Positions 1 through 17,664 of a DNA stretch of 64,000 nucleotides are shown piece after piece. This DNA is from Escherichia coli (GTDB lineage: Bacteria; Pseudomonadota; Gammaproteobacteria; Enterobacterales; Enterobacteriaceae): assembly GCF_003018255.1 (NCBI RefSeq), contig NZ_CP027440.1; one strand, written 5' to 3'. The notes beneath the pieces are model-generated. The model was not told the origin of the DNA and did not search any database. It was given only the letters and a program-made list of their open reading frames with translations. Each line of letters starts with the position of its first letter. The first letter of the stretch is position 1. The translations under genes and the position numbers were made by a program.

Positions 1-59
1 ATTAAGTTGACTTTTAGCGCCCATATCTCCAGAATGCCGCCGTTTGCCAGAAATTCGTC

Positions 60-141
60 GGTAAGCAGATTTGCATTGATTTACGTCATCATTGTGAATT
101 AATATGCAAATAAAGTGAGTGAATATTCTCTGGAGGGTGTT
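60..141 (+). promoter_or_regulatory. carAB control region with two ARG-box-like palindromes (tgtgaattaatatgcaaa about 93-110; agtgagtgaatattctct about 115-132)
   Basis: Two TGAAT...ATTCA-type half-palindromes read directly upstream of carA; matches the known ArgR-repressed carAB P2 operator architecture. Confidence 0.6.
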
Positions 142-1290
142 TTGATTAAGTCAGCGCTATTGGTTCTGGAAGACGGAACCCAGTTTCACGGTCGGGCCAT
201 AGGGGCAACAGGTTCGGCGGTTGGGGAAGTCGTTTTCAATACTTCAATGACCGGTTATCAAGAAATCCTCACTGATCCTTCCTATTCTCGTCAAATCGTT
301 ACTCTTACTTATCCCCATATTGGTAATGTCGGCACTAATGACGCCGATGAAGAATCTTCTCAGGTACATGCACAAGGTCTGGTGATTCGCGACCTGCCGC
401 TGATTGCCAGCAACTTCCGTAATACCGAAGACCTCTCTTCTTACCTGAAGCGCCATAACATCGTGGCGATTGCCGATATCGATACCCGTAAGCTGACGCG
501 TTTACTGCGCGAGAAAGGCGCACAGAATGGCTGCATTATCGCAGGCGATAACCCGGATGCGGCGCTGGCATTAGAAAAAGCCCGCGCGTTCCCAGGTCTG
601 AACGGCATGGATCTGGCAAAAGAAGTGACCACCGCAGAAGCCTATAGCTGGACACAAGGGAGCTGGACGTTGACCGGCGGCCTGCCAGAAGCGAAGAAAG
701 AAGACGAGCTGCCGTTCCATGTTGTGGCTTATGATTTTGGTGCCAAGCGCAACATCCTGCGCATGTTGGTGGATAGAGGCTGTCGTCTGACCATCGTTCC
801 GGCGCAAACTTCTGCGGAAGACGTGCTGAAAATGAATCCAGACGGCATCTTCCTCTCCAACGGTCCTGGCGACCCGGCCCCGTGCGATTACGCCATTACC
901 GCCATCCAGAAATTCCTCGAAACCGATATTCCGGTATTCGGCATCTGCCTCGGTCATCAGCTGCTGGCGCTGGCGAGCGGTGCGAAGACTGTAAAAATGA
1001 AATTTGGTCACCACGGCGGCAACCATCCGGTTAAAGATGTTGAGAAAAATGTGGTGATGATTACCGCCCAGAACCACGGTTTTGCGGTGGATGAAGCAAC
1101 ATTACCTGCAAACCTGCGTGTCACACATAAATCCCTGTTCGACGGTACGTTACAGGGCATTCATCGTACCGATAAACCGGCGTTCAGCTTCCAGGGACAC
1201 CCGGAAGCCAGCCCTGGTCCACACGACGCCGCGCCGTTGTTTGACCACTTTATCGAGTTAATTGAGCAGTACCGTAAAACCGCTAAGTAA
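142..1290 (+). CDS. carA: carbamoyl-phosphate synthase small (glutaminase) subunit
   Basis: ORF 115..1290 translation contains the CarA glutamine amidotransferase sequence; mature start taken as TTG at 142 ([17 protein letters not shown]), as I recall for K-12. Confidence 0.93.
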   Translation: MIKSALLVLEDGTQFHGRAIGATGSAVGEVVFNTSMTGYQEILTDPSYSRQIVTLTYPHIGNVGTNDADEESSQVHAQGLVIRDLPLIASNFRNTEDLSSYLKRHNIVAIADIDTRKLTRLLREKGAQNGCIIAGDNPDAALALEKARAFPGLNGMDLAKEVTTAEAYSWTQGSWTLTGGLPEAKKEDELPFHVVAYDFGAKRNILRMLVDRGCRLTIVPAQTSAEDVLKMNPDGIFLSNGPGDPAPCDYAITAIQKFLETDIPVFGICLGHQLLALASGAKTVKMKFGHHGGNHPVKDVEKNVVMITAQNHGFAVDEATLPANLRVTHKSLFDGTLQGIHRTDKPAFSFQGHPEASPGPHDAAPLFDHFIELIEQYRKTAK

Positions 1291-1307
1291 TCAGGAGTAA
1301 AAGAGCC

Positions 1308-4529
<3,222 letters not shown>

Positions 4530-4582
4530 TAGCGTGTCATGGCGGATATTTTTCATCCGCTAATTTGATCGAATAACTAATA

Positions 4583-4610
4583 CGGTTCTCTGATGAGGAC
4601 CGTTTTTTTT
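4583..4610 (+). terminator. rho-independent terminator after carB (acggttctc-tgat-gaggaccg followed by a T8 run)
   Basis: Imperfect 8-bp stem, 4-nt loop and eight T residues read in sequence about 55 nt after the carB stop. Confidence 0.6.
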
Positions 4611-4789
4611 GCCCATTAAGTAAATCTTTTGGGGAATCGATATTTTTGATGACATAAGCAGGATTTAGCTCACACTTATCGACGGTGAAGTTGCATACTA
4701 TCGATATATCCACAATTTTAATATGGCCTTGTTTAATTGCTGCAAAACGAGTCATAGCCAGACTTTTAATTTGTGAAACTGGAGTTCGT

Positions 4790-5185
4790 ATGTGTGAAGG
4801 ATATGTTGAAAAACCACTCTACTTGTTAATCGCCGAATGGATGATGGCTGAAAATCGGTGGGTGATAGCAAGAGAGATCTCTATTCATTTCGATATTGAA
4901 CACAGCAAGGCGGTTAATACCCTGACTTATATTCTGTCGGAAGTCACAGAAATAAGCTGCGAAGTTAAGATGATCCCTAATAAGCTGGAAGGGCGGGGAT
5001 GCCAGTGTCAGCGACTGGTTAAAGTGGTCGATATCGATGAGCAAATTTACGCGCGCCTGCGCAATAACAGTCGGGAAAAATTAGTCGGCGTAAGAAAGAC
5101 GCCACGTATTCCTGCCGTTCCGCTCACGGAACTTAACCGCGAGCAGAAGTGGCAGATGATGTTGTCAAAGAGTATGCGTCGTTAA
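4790..5185 (+). CDS. caiF: transcriptional activator of the cai and fix operons
   Basis: C-terminal 131 aa of ORF 4685..5185 (MCEGYVEKPLYLLIAEWMMAENRWVIAREI...) match CaiF; the longer ORF is an upstream in-frame extension. Confidence 0.85.
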   Translation: MCEGYVEKPLYLLIAEWMMAENRWVIAREISIHFDIEHSKAVNTLTYILSEVTEISCEVKMIPNKLEGRGCQCQRLVKVVDIDEQIYARLRNNSREKLVGVRKTPRIPAVPLTELNREQKWQMMLSKSMRR

Positions 5186-5216
5186 TGTCGTTTCGTTGAT
5201 ACCGTGCGACCTGGTC

Positions 5217-5298
5217 GCCGGATGCGATGCTGGCGCATCTTATACGGCCTACGGTTCCTTTCCAGCCAGGTCGGATAAGGCGTTTACGCCGCATCCGG
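5217..5298. repeat. REP/BIME palindromic units (gccggatgcg...cggcctac and inverted partner)
   Basis: Characteristic REP consensus read between the convergent caiF and caiE ends. Confidence 0.7.
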
Positions 5299-5303
5299 AA
5301 AGA

Positions 5304-5894
5304 TCACCGTTTCGGCGTCACATCCGTCGTCCCCTGCAAACGGGGGCGATTTTCCTCCATTTGCCTCAGTGGCTGCGTTTCATGTAATGATGCATGACAG
5401 CGCCCGACAAGATCCTTATACTCTTTGGTATTCAACCGTTTCCAGTGTAACTCGTCGTCACTCACGCTGCGTACAGCGCGGGCTGGCGTACCCATCAACA
5501 ACTGGCGTTTCTCGCCGCGAAAGCCCGCTTTGACAAAGCTCATAGCGGCAACAATGCTCTCTTCGCCAATGATCGCGCCATCCATAATCACGCTGTTCAT
5601 CCCGACCAGTGCATCGCGACCAATCACACAACCATGCAGGATCGCTCCGTGCCCGATATGGCCGTTTTCCCCAACGATGGTGTCAGTGTCGCAGTAGCCA
5701 TGCATAATGCAGCCATCCTGAATATTGGCTCCCGCTTGCACGATCAACCGCCCGTAGTCACCACGCAGTGAGGCGAGTGGGCCGATGTAGACACCGGCTC
5801 CCACAATCACATCGCCAATCAATACTGCACTGGGATGGACAAACGCCGTCGGGTGAACCACCGGAATTAATCCCTCAAAGGCGTAATAGCTCAC
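5304..5894 (-). CDS. caiE: carnitine operon protein CaiE (hexapeptide-repeat acyltransferase-like)
   Basis: ORF 5304..5915 contains [31 protein letters not shown]...; start taken at the GTG preceding SYYAFEG (196 aa). Confidence 0.85.
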   Translation of the reverse strand: MSYYAFEGLIPVVHPTAFVHPSAVLIGDVIVGAGVYIGPLASLRGDYGRLIVQAGANIQDGCIMHGYCDTDTIVGENGHIGHGAILHGCVIGRDALVGMNSVIMDGAIIGEESIVAAMSFVKAGFRGEKRQLLMGTPARAVRSVSDDELHWKRLNTKEYKDLVGRCHASLHETQPLRQMEENRPRLQGTTDVTPKR

Positions 5895-5899
5895 GGTTG

Positions 5900-6685
5900 T
5901 TAACGTCCTTTCCACACCGGATCGCGCTTCTCGGCAAACGCCAGCGGCCCTTCAATGGCATCTTCCGAATGCAGAACCGATGGATAGTGTTTCAACACGC
6001 CGCTGCGAATATAGCGATACGCTTCTTCTACCGGCATTTCGCTGGTGGTGCGGTAGATCTCTTTCAGCGCCGCAATCGCCAGTGGAGCGCTGTTAACCAG
6101 CTGCTGCGCCAGTTCGCGGGCGTTATCCATCAGTTCCGCCTGGCTAACCACGCGGTTGACTATCCCCCAACGCTGCGCCTCTTCTGCGCCCATTCGTCTG
6201 CCGGTCATCACCATTTCATTGACGATGGCAGGCGGCAGGATCTTCGGCAGACGCAGCACGCCGCCGCTGTCAGGAACGATGCCCAGTTTGGCTTCCGGCA
6301 GGGCGAAGCTGGCATTATCGGCACAAACAATAAAATCTGCCGCCAGCGCCAGTTCGAAACCGCCGCCAAAGGCGTAGCCGTTCACAGCTGCGATAACCGG
6401 TTTGTCGAGATTGAAAATTTCGGTTAATCCCGCAAAACCTCCCGGGCCAAAGTCAGCATCCGGTGCTTCGCCTTCTGCTGCCGCTTTTAAATCCCAGCCC
6501 GCGGAAAAGAATTTCTCTCCGGCACCGGTAATAATGGCGACACGTAATTGCGGATCGTCACGGAAATTTAGAAATACTTCGCCCATTTCAAAGCTGGTTT
6601 TTGCATCAATAGCATTCGCTTTTGGACGATCAAGGGTAATTTCCAGAATTGATCCATTGCGGGTCAGATGTAATGATTCACTCAT
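5900..6685 (-). CDS. caiD: carnitinyl-CoA dehydratase (crotonase family)
   Basis: ORF 5900..6793; enoyl-CoA hydratase fold sequence from [27 protein letters not shown]; start at 6685 preferred (261 aa), alternative upstream start at 6793. Confidence 0.85.
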   Translation of the reverse strand: MSESLHLTRNGSILEITLDRPKANAIDAKTSFEMGEVFLNFRDDPQLRVAIITGAGEKFFSAGWDLKAAAEGEAPDADFGPGGFAGLTEIFNLDKPVIAAVNGYAFGGGFELALAADFIVCADNASFALPEAKLGIVPDSGGVLRLPKILPPAIVNEMVMTGRRMGAEEAQRWGIVNRVVSQAELMDNARELAQQLVNSAPLAIAALKEIYRTTSEMPVEEAYRYIRSGVLKHYPSVLHSEDAIEGPLAFAEKRDPVWKGR

Positions 6686-6793
6686 TCCTTTTCTCCATTT
6701 TTGCTTTTTCAGGGACGACAACATCCCTGCAAAAAATGCATATTGTTTTAGAGCGTGATTATTAGCTGACAGGGTAGTTCCCTGCCGTTTCAT

Positions 6794-8347
6794 TTATTTC
6801 AGATTCTTTCTAATTATTTTCCCCGAGCAATTACGTGGCAGATCTTTTCTGATCTCCAGATAAGAGGGCACTTTAAATTTCGCCATATTCTGTTCACAGA
6901 AGCAGAAGAATTCCTCTTCGCTCAATGTTTCACCTTCATTCAGCACCACAAATGCTTTGATGGCTTCATCGCGAATCGAATCTTTAATACCCACAACCAC
7001 GATATCCTGAATTTTTGGATGGGTGGCGATGATATTTTCGAGCTCCACGCAGGAGACATTCTCGCCACCGCGTTTGATCATATTGCAGCGGCGATCGACG
7101 AAATAAAAAAAGCCCTCTTCGTCGCGGTATCCGGTATCGCCGGTATGTAGCCAGCCATCGGCTTCCAGCACTTTCGCAGTGGCTTTCGGGTTGAGAAAAT
7201 ACTCTTTGAAGATGGTTTTCCCTGGTACGCCTTTAATACAGATTTCACCGAGCTCACCAGCCGGGAGGGGACGATTGTGATCGTCGCGGATCTCCGCTTC
7301 GTAGCAAAAGCCCGCCCGACCAATCGACGGCCAGCGCCGTTTATCGCCAGGGCGATCGCCGATAATGCCCACAATGGTTTCCGTCATCCCATAAGACGTC
7401 AGCAAGCGAACGCTGAAGCGTTCACAAAACGCGTCTTTTTCCTGCTCCGACAGGTTGAGATAAAACATCACTTCCCGCAGGCAGTGTTGCCGATCGTTGG
7501 CTGAAGGCGGCTGCACCATCAACGTACGAATCATCATCGGAATACATTCGGTAATGGTGGCGCGGTACTTCTGCACCTGTCCCCAGAAGGCGCGGGCGCT
7601 GTATTTCTCGACCAGCACAAAGGTGGCCCCGGCAGAAAACGCCGCCATCGCCGCAGTACACTGGCAATCGATATGAAACGCAGGCATTACCGTCAGGTAG
7701 ACGTCATCGTCACGCAGTGCACACTGCCAGGCGGAGTAATATCCAGCGAAGCGCAGGTTGTAATGAGTTATCACCACCCCTTTCGGTCGGGAGGTGGTGC
7801 CGGAGGTGAAGAGAATTTCCGCCGTATCGTCAGTCGATAGCGGCGGTGCATAGCACAAGGTGGCAGGTTGTTGATTTTTCCGTTGAGTAAACGAACTCAC
7901 GCCATCATCAGCGGGAAGTACCATATCTGTCAGGCAAATGTGCCGCAACTGAGAGGCATCTTCCTGCTGAATCTGTTGATACATAGGATAAAATTGCGCA
8001 CTGGTCACCAGCAGGCACGCCTGGCTATTTTGCAGGATCCACGTGCTTTCTTCGCGCAACAGGCGGGCGTTAATCGGCACCATAATCGCGCCAATTTTTG
8101 CCAACCCGAACCAGCAAAAGATAAATTCCGGGCAGTTGTCGAGATGTAGAGCAACCTTGTCGCCTTTGCGAATCCCCAGCACATAAAACAGGTTTGCCGT
8201 GCGGTTAATCTCCTGATTTAACTCAAGATAACTATACCGGTTAACGACTCCGCTGCTGGATTCACAAATCAGCGCCGTTTTATGACCGTAAACGTCCGCC
8301 AGATCGTCCCACATTTGACGTAGATGTTGTCCGCCAATGATATCCAT
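6794..8347 (-). CDS. caiC: carnitine/crotonobetaine-CoA ligase (AMP-binding family)
   Basis: ORF 6794..8362; acyl-CoA synthetase motifs ([11 protein letters not shown]); start taken at [11 protein letters not shown]. Confidence 0.9.
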   Translation of the reverse strand: MDIIGGQHLRQMWDDLADVYGHKTALICESSSGVVNRYSYLELNQEINRTANLFYVLGIRKGDKVALHLDNCPEFIFCWFGLAKIGAIMVPINARLLREESTWILQNSQACLLVTSAQFYPMYQQIQQEDASQLRHICLTDMVLPADDGVSSFTQRKNQQPATLCYAPPLSTDDTAEILFTSGTTSRPKGVVITHYNLRFAGYYSAWQCALRDDDVYLTVMPAFHIDCQCTAAMAAFSAGATFVLVEKYSARAFWGQVQKYRATITECIPMMIRTLMVQPPSANDRQHCLREVMFYLNLSEQEKDAFCERFSVRLLTSYGMTETIVGIIGDRPGDKRRWPSIGRAGFCYEAEIRDDHNRPLPAGELGEICIKGVPGKTIFKEYFLNPKATAKVLEADGWLHTGDTGYRDEEGFFYFVDRRCNMIKRGGENVSCVELENIIATHPKIQDIVVVGIKDSIRDEAIKAFVVLNEGETLSEEEFFCFCEQNMAKFKVPSYLEIRKDLPRNCSGKIIRKNLK

Positions 8348-8419
8348 TGCACCTCTATCCATTTTGTTCGTTTGTTATTGAGCGGGCGCTAGTCAGGCAA
8401 GCTGACTGACGCCACGCGT

Positions 8420-9655
<1,236 letters not shown>

Positions 9656-9671
9656 TTATGTAGCGCATGAC

Positions 9672-9754
9672 TGCCGGATGCGGCGTAAACGCTTTATCCG
9701 GCCTACATTCGTGCTCCCGTAGGTCTGATAAGACGCGTCAGCGTCGCATCAGGC
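9672..9754. repeat. REP pair (BIME) in the caiB-caiA intergenic region
   Basis: tgccggatgcggcgtaaacgctttatccggcctac and taggtctgataagacgcgtcagcgtcgcatcaggc in inverted orientation. Confidence 0.75.
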
Positions 9755-9765
9755 AGCGCACGGAC

Positions 9766-10908
9766 TTAGCGGTATTGCTTCAGCACCGCGCGACCCAGCG
9801 TCAGGATCTGCATTTCGTCAGATCCCCCGGAAACGCGGTCTACACGCAGGTCACGCCAGAAGCGGCTGATGCGGTGGTTGCCCGCAATCCCGACACCGCC
9901 CAGCACCTGCATTGCGCTATCCACCACTTCAAATGCCGCATTGGCGCAGAAGTATTTGCACATCGCTGCATCGCCAGAGGTGATGGTGCCGTTGTCTGCT
10001 TTCCACGCTGCTTCATACAGCATGTTTTTCATGGAGTTTAATTTGATCGCCATGTGGGCGAATTTTTCCTGAATCAACTGGAAACGACCAATAGCCTCGC
10101 CAAACTGCACGCGCTGGTTGGCGTAGCGCGCCGCATCTTCAAAGGCGCACATCGCCGTACCGTAGTTGGTCAGGGCTACCAGGAAACGTTCATGGTCGAA
10201 CTCTTCTTTGACGCGGTTAAAGCCGTTACCTTCCCGACCGAACATGTCTTTCTCGTCCAGTTCCACGTCGTCAAAAGTGATTTCACAGCAGCTATCCATA
10301 CGCAGACCGAGCTTTTCAAGTTTGGTCACTTTGATGCCCGGTTTGCTCATATCAACAAACCATTCGGTGTAGACAGGTTTGTCCGGAGAAGCCCCGTCGC
10401 GCGCCATCACCACGATGTACGGGGTGTAGGCGCTACTGGTAATAAAACACTTACTACCATTAAGATAAATCTTACCATTTCTACGGGTATAAGTCGTTTT
10501 CAGGCTACCCACGTCGGAGCCTGCGCCCGGTTCGGTAATTGCTGAGTTCCACATCTGCTTACCGGTGCCGCGGAAAGCCATGATCTTGTCGATCTGCTCT
10601 TGCGTACCTTCACGCAGGAAGGTGTTAAACCCGCCCGGTAACTGATACAGCACGTAAGTTGGCGCTCCCAGACGACCCAGTTCCATCCACACGGCGGCGA
10701 GAGTAACAAACCCCGCGTCCAGACCACCGTGTTCTTCCGGGATCAGCAGACTGTCGATACCCATATCCGCCAGGGCTTTGACAAAACGTTCCGGGTAGAC
10801 GCTGTCACGGTCGCACTCGGCAAAATAGGCCTCCCAGTTTTCGCTGGCCATCAGTTCGCGGATACCGGCGACAAACAGTTCCTGCTCATCATTTAAATTA
10901 AAATCCAT
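9766..10908 (-). CDS. caiA: crotonobetainyl-CoA reductase (acyl-CoA dehydrogenase family)
   Basis: 380-aa [32 protein letters not shown]... with acyl-CoA dehydrogenase fold. Confidence 0.95.
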
Positions 10909-10938
10909 CTTTCAACCTCTTGATATTTTGGGGGTTAA

Positions 10939-12456
<1,518 letters not shown>

Positions 12457-12704
12457 TTAATTCCACTGTGAAAACGAATATTTATTTTGCGTTCCCGTTT
12501 GTTTTATTTTTGTTAACATTTAATATAATTATTATTAACCTCGTGGACGCGTTAATGGCTAACTCATAATGGGTATTCAATAAGCTGCATTCTGTGATTG
12601 TTATCACATTTTTGTTTCGGGTGAATAGAGGGCATTTTTTTCGTTAATTTTGATTATTAATCAGTTTGTTATGCTCTGTTGTGAGTAAAAAAATAGCATC
12701 TGAC

Positions 12705-12739
12705 TTTCAATATTGGTGATCCATAAAACAATATTGAAA
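12705..12739. promoter_or_regulatory. CaiF-type site: 11-bp inverted repeat tttcaatattg N13 caatattgaaa
   Basis: Perfect inverted repeat with 13-bp spacer read in sequence; matches the published description of CaiF sites (inverted repeat separated by 13 bp). Confidence 0.7.
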
Positions 12740-12761
12740 ATTTCTTTTTTCTACGCCATGT

Positions 12762-12796
12762 TTTCAATATTGGTGAGGAGCTTAACAATATTGAAA
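12762..12796. promoter_or_regulatory. second CaiF-type site, same 11-bp inverted repeat with 13-bp spacer
   Basis: tttcaatattg gtgaggagcttaa caatattgaaa; second copy about 57 bp after the first. Confidence 0.7.
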
Positions 12797-12820
12797 GTTG
12801 GATTTATCTGCGTGTGACAT

Positions 12821-12835
12821 TTTCAATATTGGTGA
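12821..12835. promoter_or_regulatory. third copy of the tttcaatattggtga box without an inverted partner
   Basis: Box sequence identical to the other two, about 59 bp after the second; no caatattgaaa partner follows. Confidence 0.5.
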
Positions 12836-12926
12836 TTAAAGTTTTATTTCCAAATTAAAGGGCGTGATATCTGTAATTAACACCACCGATATGAACGACG
12901 TTTCCTTCATGATTTCTGGAGATGCA

Positions 12927-13697
12927 ATGAAGATTATTACTTGCTATAAGTGCGTGCCTGATGAACAGGATATTGCGGTCAATAATGCTGATGGTTCATT
13001 AGACTTCAGCAAAGCCGATGCCAAAATAAGCCAATACGATCTCAACGCTATTGAAGCGGCTTGCCAGCTAAAGCAACAGGCAGCAGAGGCGCAGGTGACG
13101 GCCTTAAGTGTGGGCGGTAAAGCCCTGACCAACGCCAAAGGGCGTAAAGATGTGCTATCGCGCGGTCCGGATGAACTGATTGTGGTGATTGATGACCAGT
13201 TCGAGCAGGCACTGCCGCAACAAACGGCGAGCGTACTTGCTGCAGCCGCTCAGAAAGCAGGCTTTGATTTGATCCTCTGTGGCGATGGTTCTTCCGACCT
13301 TTATGCCCAGCAGGTTGGTTTGCTGGTAGGCGAAATCCTTAATATTCCGGCAGTTAACGGCGTCAGCAAAATTATCTCCCTGACTGCAGATACCCTCACC
13401 GTTGAGCGCGAACTGGAAGATGAAACAGAAACCTTAAGCATTCCGCTGCCTGCGGTTGTTGCTGTTTCCACTGATATCAACTCCCCACAAATTCCTTCGA
13501 TGAAAGCCATTCTCGGCGCGGCGAAAAAGCCAGTCCAGGTATGGTCGGCGGCGGATATCGGTTTTAACGCAGAGGCAGCCTGGTCAGAACAACAGGTTGC
13601 TGCGCCGAAACAGCGCGAGCGTCAGCGCATCGTGATTGAAGGCGACGGCGAAGAACAGATCGCCGCATTTGCTGAAAATCTTCGCAAAGTCATTTAA
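12927..13697 (+). CDS. fixA: electron transfer flavoprotein beta-subunit homologue (carnitine reduction)
   Basis: ORF 12864..13697; FixA sequence begins [18 protein letters not shown] at 12927 (256 aa). Confidence 0.92.
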
Positions 13698-13711
13698 TTA
13701 CAGGGGATGCT

Positions 13712-14653
13712 ATGAACACGTTTTCTCAAGTCTGGGTATTCAGCGATACCCCTTCTCGTCTGCCGGAACTGATGAACGGTGCGCAGGCTTTAGCTAATCA
13801 AATCAACACGTTCGTCCTCAATGATGCCGACGGCGCACAGGCAATCCAGCTCGGCGCTAATCATGTCTGGAAATTAAGCGGCAAACCGGACGAGCGGATG
13901 ATCGAAGATTACGCCGGTGTCATGGCTGACACTATTCGCCAGCACGGCGCAGACGGTCTGGTGCTGTTGCCAAACACCCGTCGCGGCAAATTACTGGCGG
14001 CGAAACTGGGTTACCGCCTTAACGCGGCGGTGTCTAACGATGCCAGCGCTGTTAGCGTGCAGGACGGTAAAGCGACAGTGAAACACATGGTTTACGGCGG
14101 TCTGGCGATTGGCGAAGAACGCATTGCCACGCCGTATGCGGTTCTGACCATCAGCAGCGGCACGTTCGATGTGGCTCAGCCAGACGCGTCACGCACTGGC
14201 GAAACGCACACCGTGGAGTGGCAGGCTCCGGCTGTGGCGATTACCCGCACGGCAACCCAGGCGCGTCAGAGCAACAGCGTCGATCTCGACAAAGCCCGCC
14301 TGGTGGTCAGCGTTGGTCGCGGTATTGGCAGCAAAGAGAACATTGCGCTGGCAGAACAGCTTTGCAAGGCGATAGGTGCGGAGTTGGCCTGTTCTCGTCC
14401 GGTGGCGGAAAACGAAAAATGGATGGAGCACGAACGCTATGTCGGTATCTCCAACCTGATGCTGAAACCTGAACTGTACCTGGCGGTGGGGATCTCCGGG
14501 CAGATCCAGCACATGGTTGGCGCTAATGCGTCGCAAACCATTTTCGCCATCAACAAAGATAAAAATGCGCCGATCTTCCAGTACGCGGATTACGGCATTG
14601 TTGGCGACGCCGTGAAGATCCTTCCGGCACTGACCGCAGCTTTAGCGCGTTGA
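13712..14653 (+). CDS. fixB: electron transfer flavoprotein alpha-subunit homologue
   Basis: 313-aa [28 protein letters not shown]...; 15 nt after fixA. Confidence 0.95.
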   Translation: MNTFSQVWVFSDTPSRLPELMNGAQALANQINTFVLNDADGAQAIQLGANHVWKLSGKPDERMIEDYAGVMADTIRQHGADGLVLLPNTRRGKLLAAKLGYRLNAAVSNDASAVSVQDGKATVKHMVYGGLAIGEERIATPYAVLTISSGTFDVAQPDASRTGETHTVEWQAPAVAITRTATQARQSNSVDLDKARLVVSVGRGIGSKENIALAEQLCKAIGAELACSRPVAENEKWMEHERYVGISNLMLKPELYLAVGISGQIQHMVGANASQTIFAINKDKNAPIFQYADYGIVGDAVKILPALTAALAR

Positions 14654-14703
14654 TCCACTCTGGCAGGGCTGCATTTTGGCCCTGCCGCTGACAGGGAGCT
14701 CTT

Positions 14704-15990
14704 ATGTCCGAAGATATCTTTGACGCCATCATCGTCGGTGCAGGGCTTGCCGGTTCGGTTGCCGCACTGGTGCTCGCCCGCGAAGGGGCGCAAGTGTTAG
14801 TTATCGAGCGAGGCAATTCCGCTGGTGCCAAGAACGTCACCGGCGGGCGTCTCTATGCCCACAGTCTGGAACACATTATTCCTGGTTTCGCTGACTCCGC
14901 CCCCGTAGAACGCCTGATCACCCATGAAAAACTCGCGTTTATGACGGAAAAGTCTGCGATGACTATGGACTACTGCAACGGTGACGAAACCTCACCATCC
15001 CAGCGTTCTTACTCCGTTTTGCGCAGTAAATTTGATGCCTGGCTGATGGAGCAGGCCGAAGAAGCGGGTGCGCAGTTAATTACCGGGATTCGTGTCGATA
15101 ACCTCGTACAGCGCGATGGCAAAGTTGTCGGCGTAGAAGCCGATGGCGATGTAATTGAAGCGAAAACGGTGATCCTTGCTGACGGGGTGAACTCCATCCT
15201 TGCCGAAAAGCTGGGGATGGCAAAACGCGTTAAACCGACGGATGTGGCGGTTGGCGTGAAGGAACTGATCGAATTACCGAAGTCGGTTATCGAAGACCGT
15301 TTTCAGTTGCAGGGTAATCAGGGTGCGGCTTGCCTGTTTGCGGGTTCCCCCACTGATGGCCTGATGGGCGGCGGCTTTCTTTATACCAATGAAAACACCC
15401 TGTCGCTGGGGCTGGTTTGTGGTTTGCATCATCTGCATGACGCAAAAAAATCGGTGCCGCAAATGCTGGAAGATTTCAAACAACATCCGGCCGTTGCACC
15501 GCTGATCGCGGGCGGCAAGCTGGTGGAATATTCCGCTCACGTAGTGCCGGAAGCAGGTATCAACATGCTGCCGGAGTTGGTTGGTGACGGCGTATTGATT
15601 GCCGGTGATGCTGCCGGAATGTGTATGAACCTCGGTTTTACCATTCGCGGTATGGATCTGGCGATTGCCGCCGGGGAAGCAGCAGCAAAAACTGTGCTTT
15701 CAGCGATGAAAAGCGACGATTTCAGTAAGCAAAAACTCGCGGAATATCGTCAGCATCTTGAGAGTGGCCCGCTGCGCGATATGCGCATGTACCAGAAACT
15801 ACCGGCGTTCCTTGATAACCCACGCATGTTTAGCGGCTACCCGGAACTGGCGGTGGGCGTGGCGCGTGACCTGTTCACCATTGACGGCAGTGCGCCGGAA
15901 CTGATGCGCAAGAAAATCCTCCGCCACGGCAAGAAAGTGGGCTTCATCAATCTGATCAAGGATGGCATGAAAGGAGTGACCGTTTTATGA
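14704..15990 (+). CDS. fixC: ETF-quinone oxidoreductase-like flavoprotein
   Basis: 428-aa ORF with N-terminal FAD-binding GxGxxG (IIVGAGLAGSVAA). Confidence 0.95.
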   Translation: MSEDIFDAIIVGAGLAGSVAALVLAREGAQVLVIERGNSAGAKNVTGGRLYAHSLEHIIPGFADSAPVERLITHEKLAFMTEKSAMTMDYCNGDETSPSQRSYSVLRSKFDAWLMEQAEEAGAQLITGIRVDNLVQRDGKVVGVEADGDVIEAKTVILADGVNSILAEKLGMAKRVKPTDVAVGVKELIELPKSVIEDRFQLQGNQGAACLFAGSPTDGLMGGGFLYTNENTLSLGLVCGLHHLHDAKKSVPQMLEDFKQHPAVAPLIAGGKLVEYSAHVVPEAGINMLPELVGDGVLIAGDAAGMCMNLGFTIRGMDLAIAAGEAAAKTVLSAMKSDDFSKQKLAEYRQHLESGPLRDMRMYQKLPAFLDNPRMFSGYPELAVGVARDLFTIDGSAPELMRKKILRHGKKVGFINLIKDGMKGVTVL

Positions 15991-16274
15991 CTTCTCCCGT
16001 CAATGTGGACGTCAAACTGGGCGTCAATAAATTCAATGTCGATGAAGAGCATCCGCACATCGTTGTGAAGGCCGATGCCGATAAACAGGCCCTGGAGCTG
16101 CTGGTGAAAGCGTGCCCCGCAGGTCTGTACAAGAAGCAGGATGACGGCAGTGTGCGCTTCGATTACGCCGGATGTCTGGAGTGCGGCACCTGTCGCATTC
16201 TGGGGCTGGGGTCGGCGCTGGAACAGTGGGAATACCCGCGCGGCACCTTTGGTGTGGAGTTCCGTTACGGCTGA
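15987..16274 (+). CDS. fixX: ferredoxin-like protein
   Basis: 95-aa ORF overlapping the fixC stop by 4 nt; cysteine cluster CLECGTC. Confidence 0.93.
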   Translation: MTSPVNVDVKLGVNKFNVDEEHPHIVVKADADKQALELLVKACPAGLYKKQDDGSVRFDYAGCLECGTCRILGLGSALEQWEYPRGTFGVEFRYG

Positions 16275-16332
16275 TGTTGGTTTGATACGTAATGCCGTAC
16301 TGACTCTCATTGCAAAAAAACAGGAATAACCC

Positions 16333-17664
16333 ATGCAACCGTCCAGAAACTTTGATGATCTTAAATTCTCCTCTATTCACCGCCGCATTTTGCTGTGGGG
16401 AAGCGGTGGTCCGTTTCTGGATGGTTATGTACTGGTAATGATTGGCGTGGCGCTGGAGCAACTGACTCCGGCGCTGAAACTGGACGCTGACTGGATTGGC
16501 TTGCTGGGCGCGGGAACGCTCGCCGGGCTGTTCGTTGGCACATCGCTGTTTGGCTATATCTCCGATAAAGTCGGACGGCGCAAAATGTTCCTCATTGATA
16601 TCATCGCCATCGGCGTGATATCGGTGGCGACGATGTTTGTCTCATCCCCCGTCGAACTGTTAGTGATGCGGGTACTCATCGGCATTGTCATCGGTGCAGA
16701 TTATCCCATCGCCACTTCGATGATCACTGAGTTCTCCAGTACCCGTCAGCGGGCGTTTTCCATCAGCTTTATTGCCGCGATGTGGTATGTCGGCGCGACC
16801 TGCGCCGATCTGGTCGGTTACTGGCTTTATGATGTGGAAGGTGGTTGGCGCTGGATGCTGGGTAGCGCAGCGATCCCCTGTTTGTTGATTTTGATTGGTC
16901 GATTCGAACTGCCTGAATCTCCCCGCTGGTTGTTACGCAAAGGGCGAGTAAAAGAGTGCGAAGAGATGATGATCAAACTGTTTGGCGAACCGGTGGCTTT
17001 CGATGAAGAGCAGCCGCAGCAAACCCGTTTTCGCGATCTGTTTAATCGCCGCCATTTTCCTTTTGTTCTGTTTGTTGCCGCCATCTGGACCTGCCAGGTG
17101 ATCCCGATGTTCGCCATCTACACCTTTGGCCCGCAAATCGTTGGTTTGTTGGGATTGGGTGTTGGCAAAAACGCGGCACTGGGGAACGTGGTGATTAGCC
17201 TGTTCTTTATGCTCGGCTGTATTCCACCGATGCTGTGGCTAAACACTGCCGGACGGCGTCCATTGTTGATTGGCAGCTTTGCCATGATGACGCTGGCGCT
17301 GGCGGTTTTGGGGCTGATCCCGGATATGGGGATCTGGCTGGTAGTGATGGCATTTGCGGTGTATGCCTTTTTCTCTGGCGGGCCGGGTAATTTGCAGTGG
17401 CTCTATCCTAATGAACTCTTCCCGACGGATATCCGCGCCTCTGCCGTGGGCGTGATTATGTCCTTAAGCCGTATTGGCACTATTGTTTCGACCTGGGCAC
17501 TGCCGATCTTTATCAATAATTACGGTATCAGTAACACGATGCTAATGGGGGCGGGTATCTCGCTGTTTGGCTTGTTGATTTCCGTAGCGTTTGCCCCGGA
17601 GACTCGAGGGATGTCACTGGCGCAGACCAGCAATATGACGATCCGCGGGCAGAGAATGGGGTAA
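16333..17664 (+). CDS. yaaU: MFS-family transporter
   Basis: 443-aa multi-helix membrane ORF in the position of yaaU. Confidence 0.9.
   Translation: MQPSRNFDDLKFSSIHRRILLWGSGGPFLDGYVLVMIGVALEQLTPALKLDADWIGLLGAGTLAGLFVGTSLFGYISDKVGRRKMFLIDIIAIGVISVATMFVSSPVELLVMRVLIGIVIGADYPIATSMITEFSSTRQRAFSISFIAAMWYVGATCADLVGYWLYDVEGGWRWMLGSAAIPCLLILIGRFELPESPRWLLRKGRVKECEEMMIKLFGEPVAFDEEQPQQTRFRDLFNRRHFPFVLFVAAIWTCQVIPMFAIYTFGPQIVGLLGLGVGKNAALGNVVISLFFMLGCIPPMLWLNTAGRRPLLIGSFAMMTLALAVLGLIPDMGIWLVVMAFAVYAFFSGGPGNLQWLYPNELFPTDIRASAVGVIMSLSRIGTIVSTWALPIFINNYGISNTMLMGAGISLFGLLISVAFAPETRGMSLAQTSNMTIRGQRMG

Noticed and set aside
4685-4789. N-terminal extension of caiF in the ORF track (166 aa versus 131 aa)
   Set aside because: The longest-ORF rule overextends; the CaiF sequence I recognise begins at MCEGYVEKPLY. 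The same applies to the track's extended starts for carA, caiE, caiD, caiC, fixA, kefC, folA, apaG, djlA, araC, thiQ, thiB, sgrR, leuO, ilvI, ilvH, mraZ and rsmH.
5768-6427. 219-aa plus-strand ORF overlapping caiE/caiD
   Set aside because: Antisense to caiD; Arg/Gln-rich low-complexity translation.
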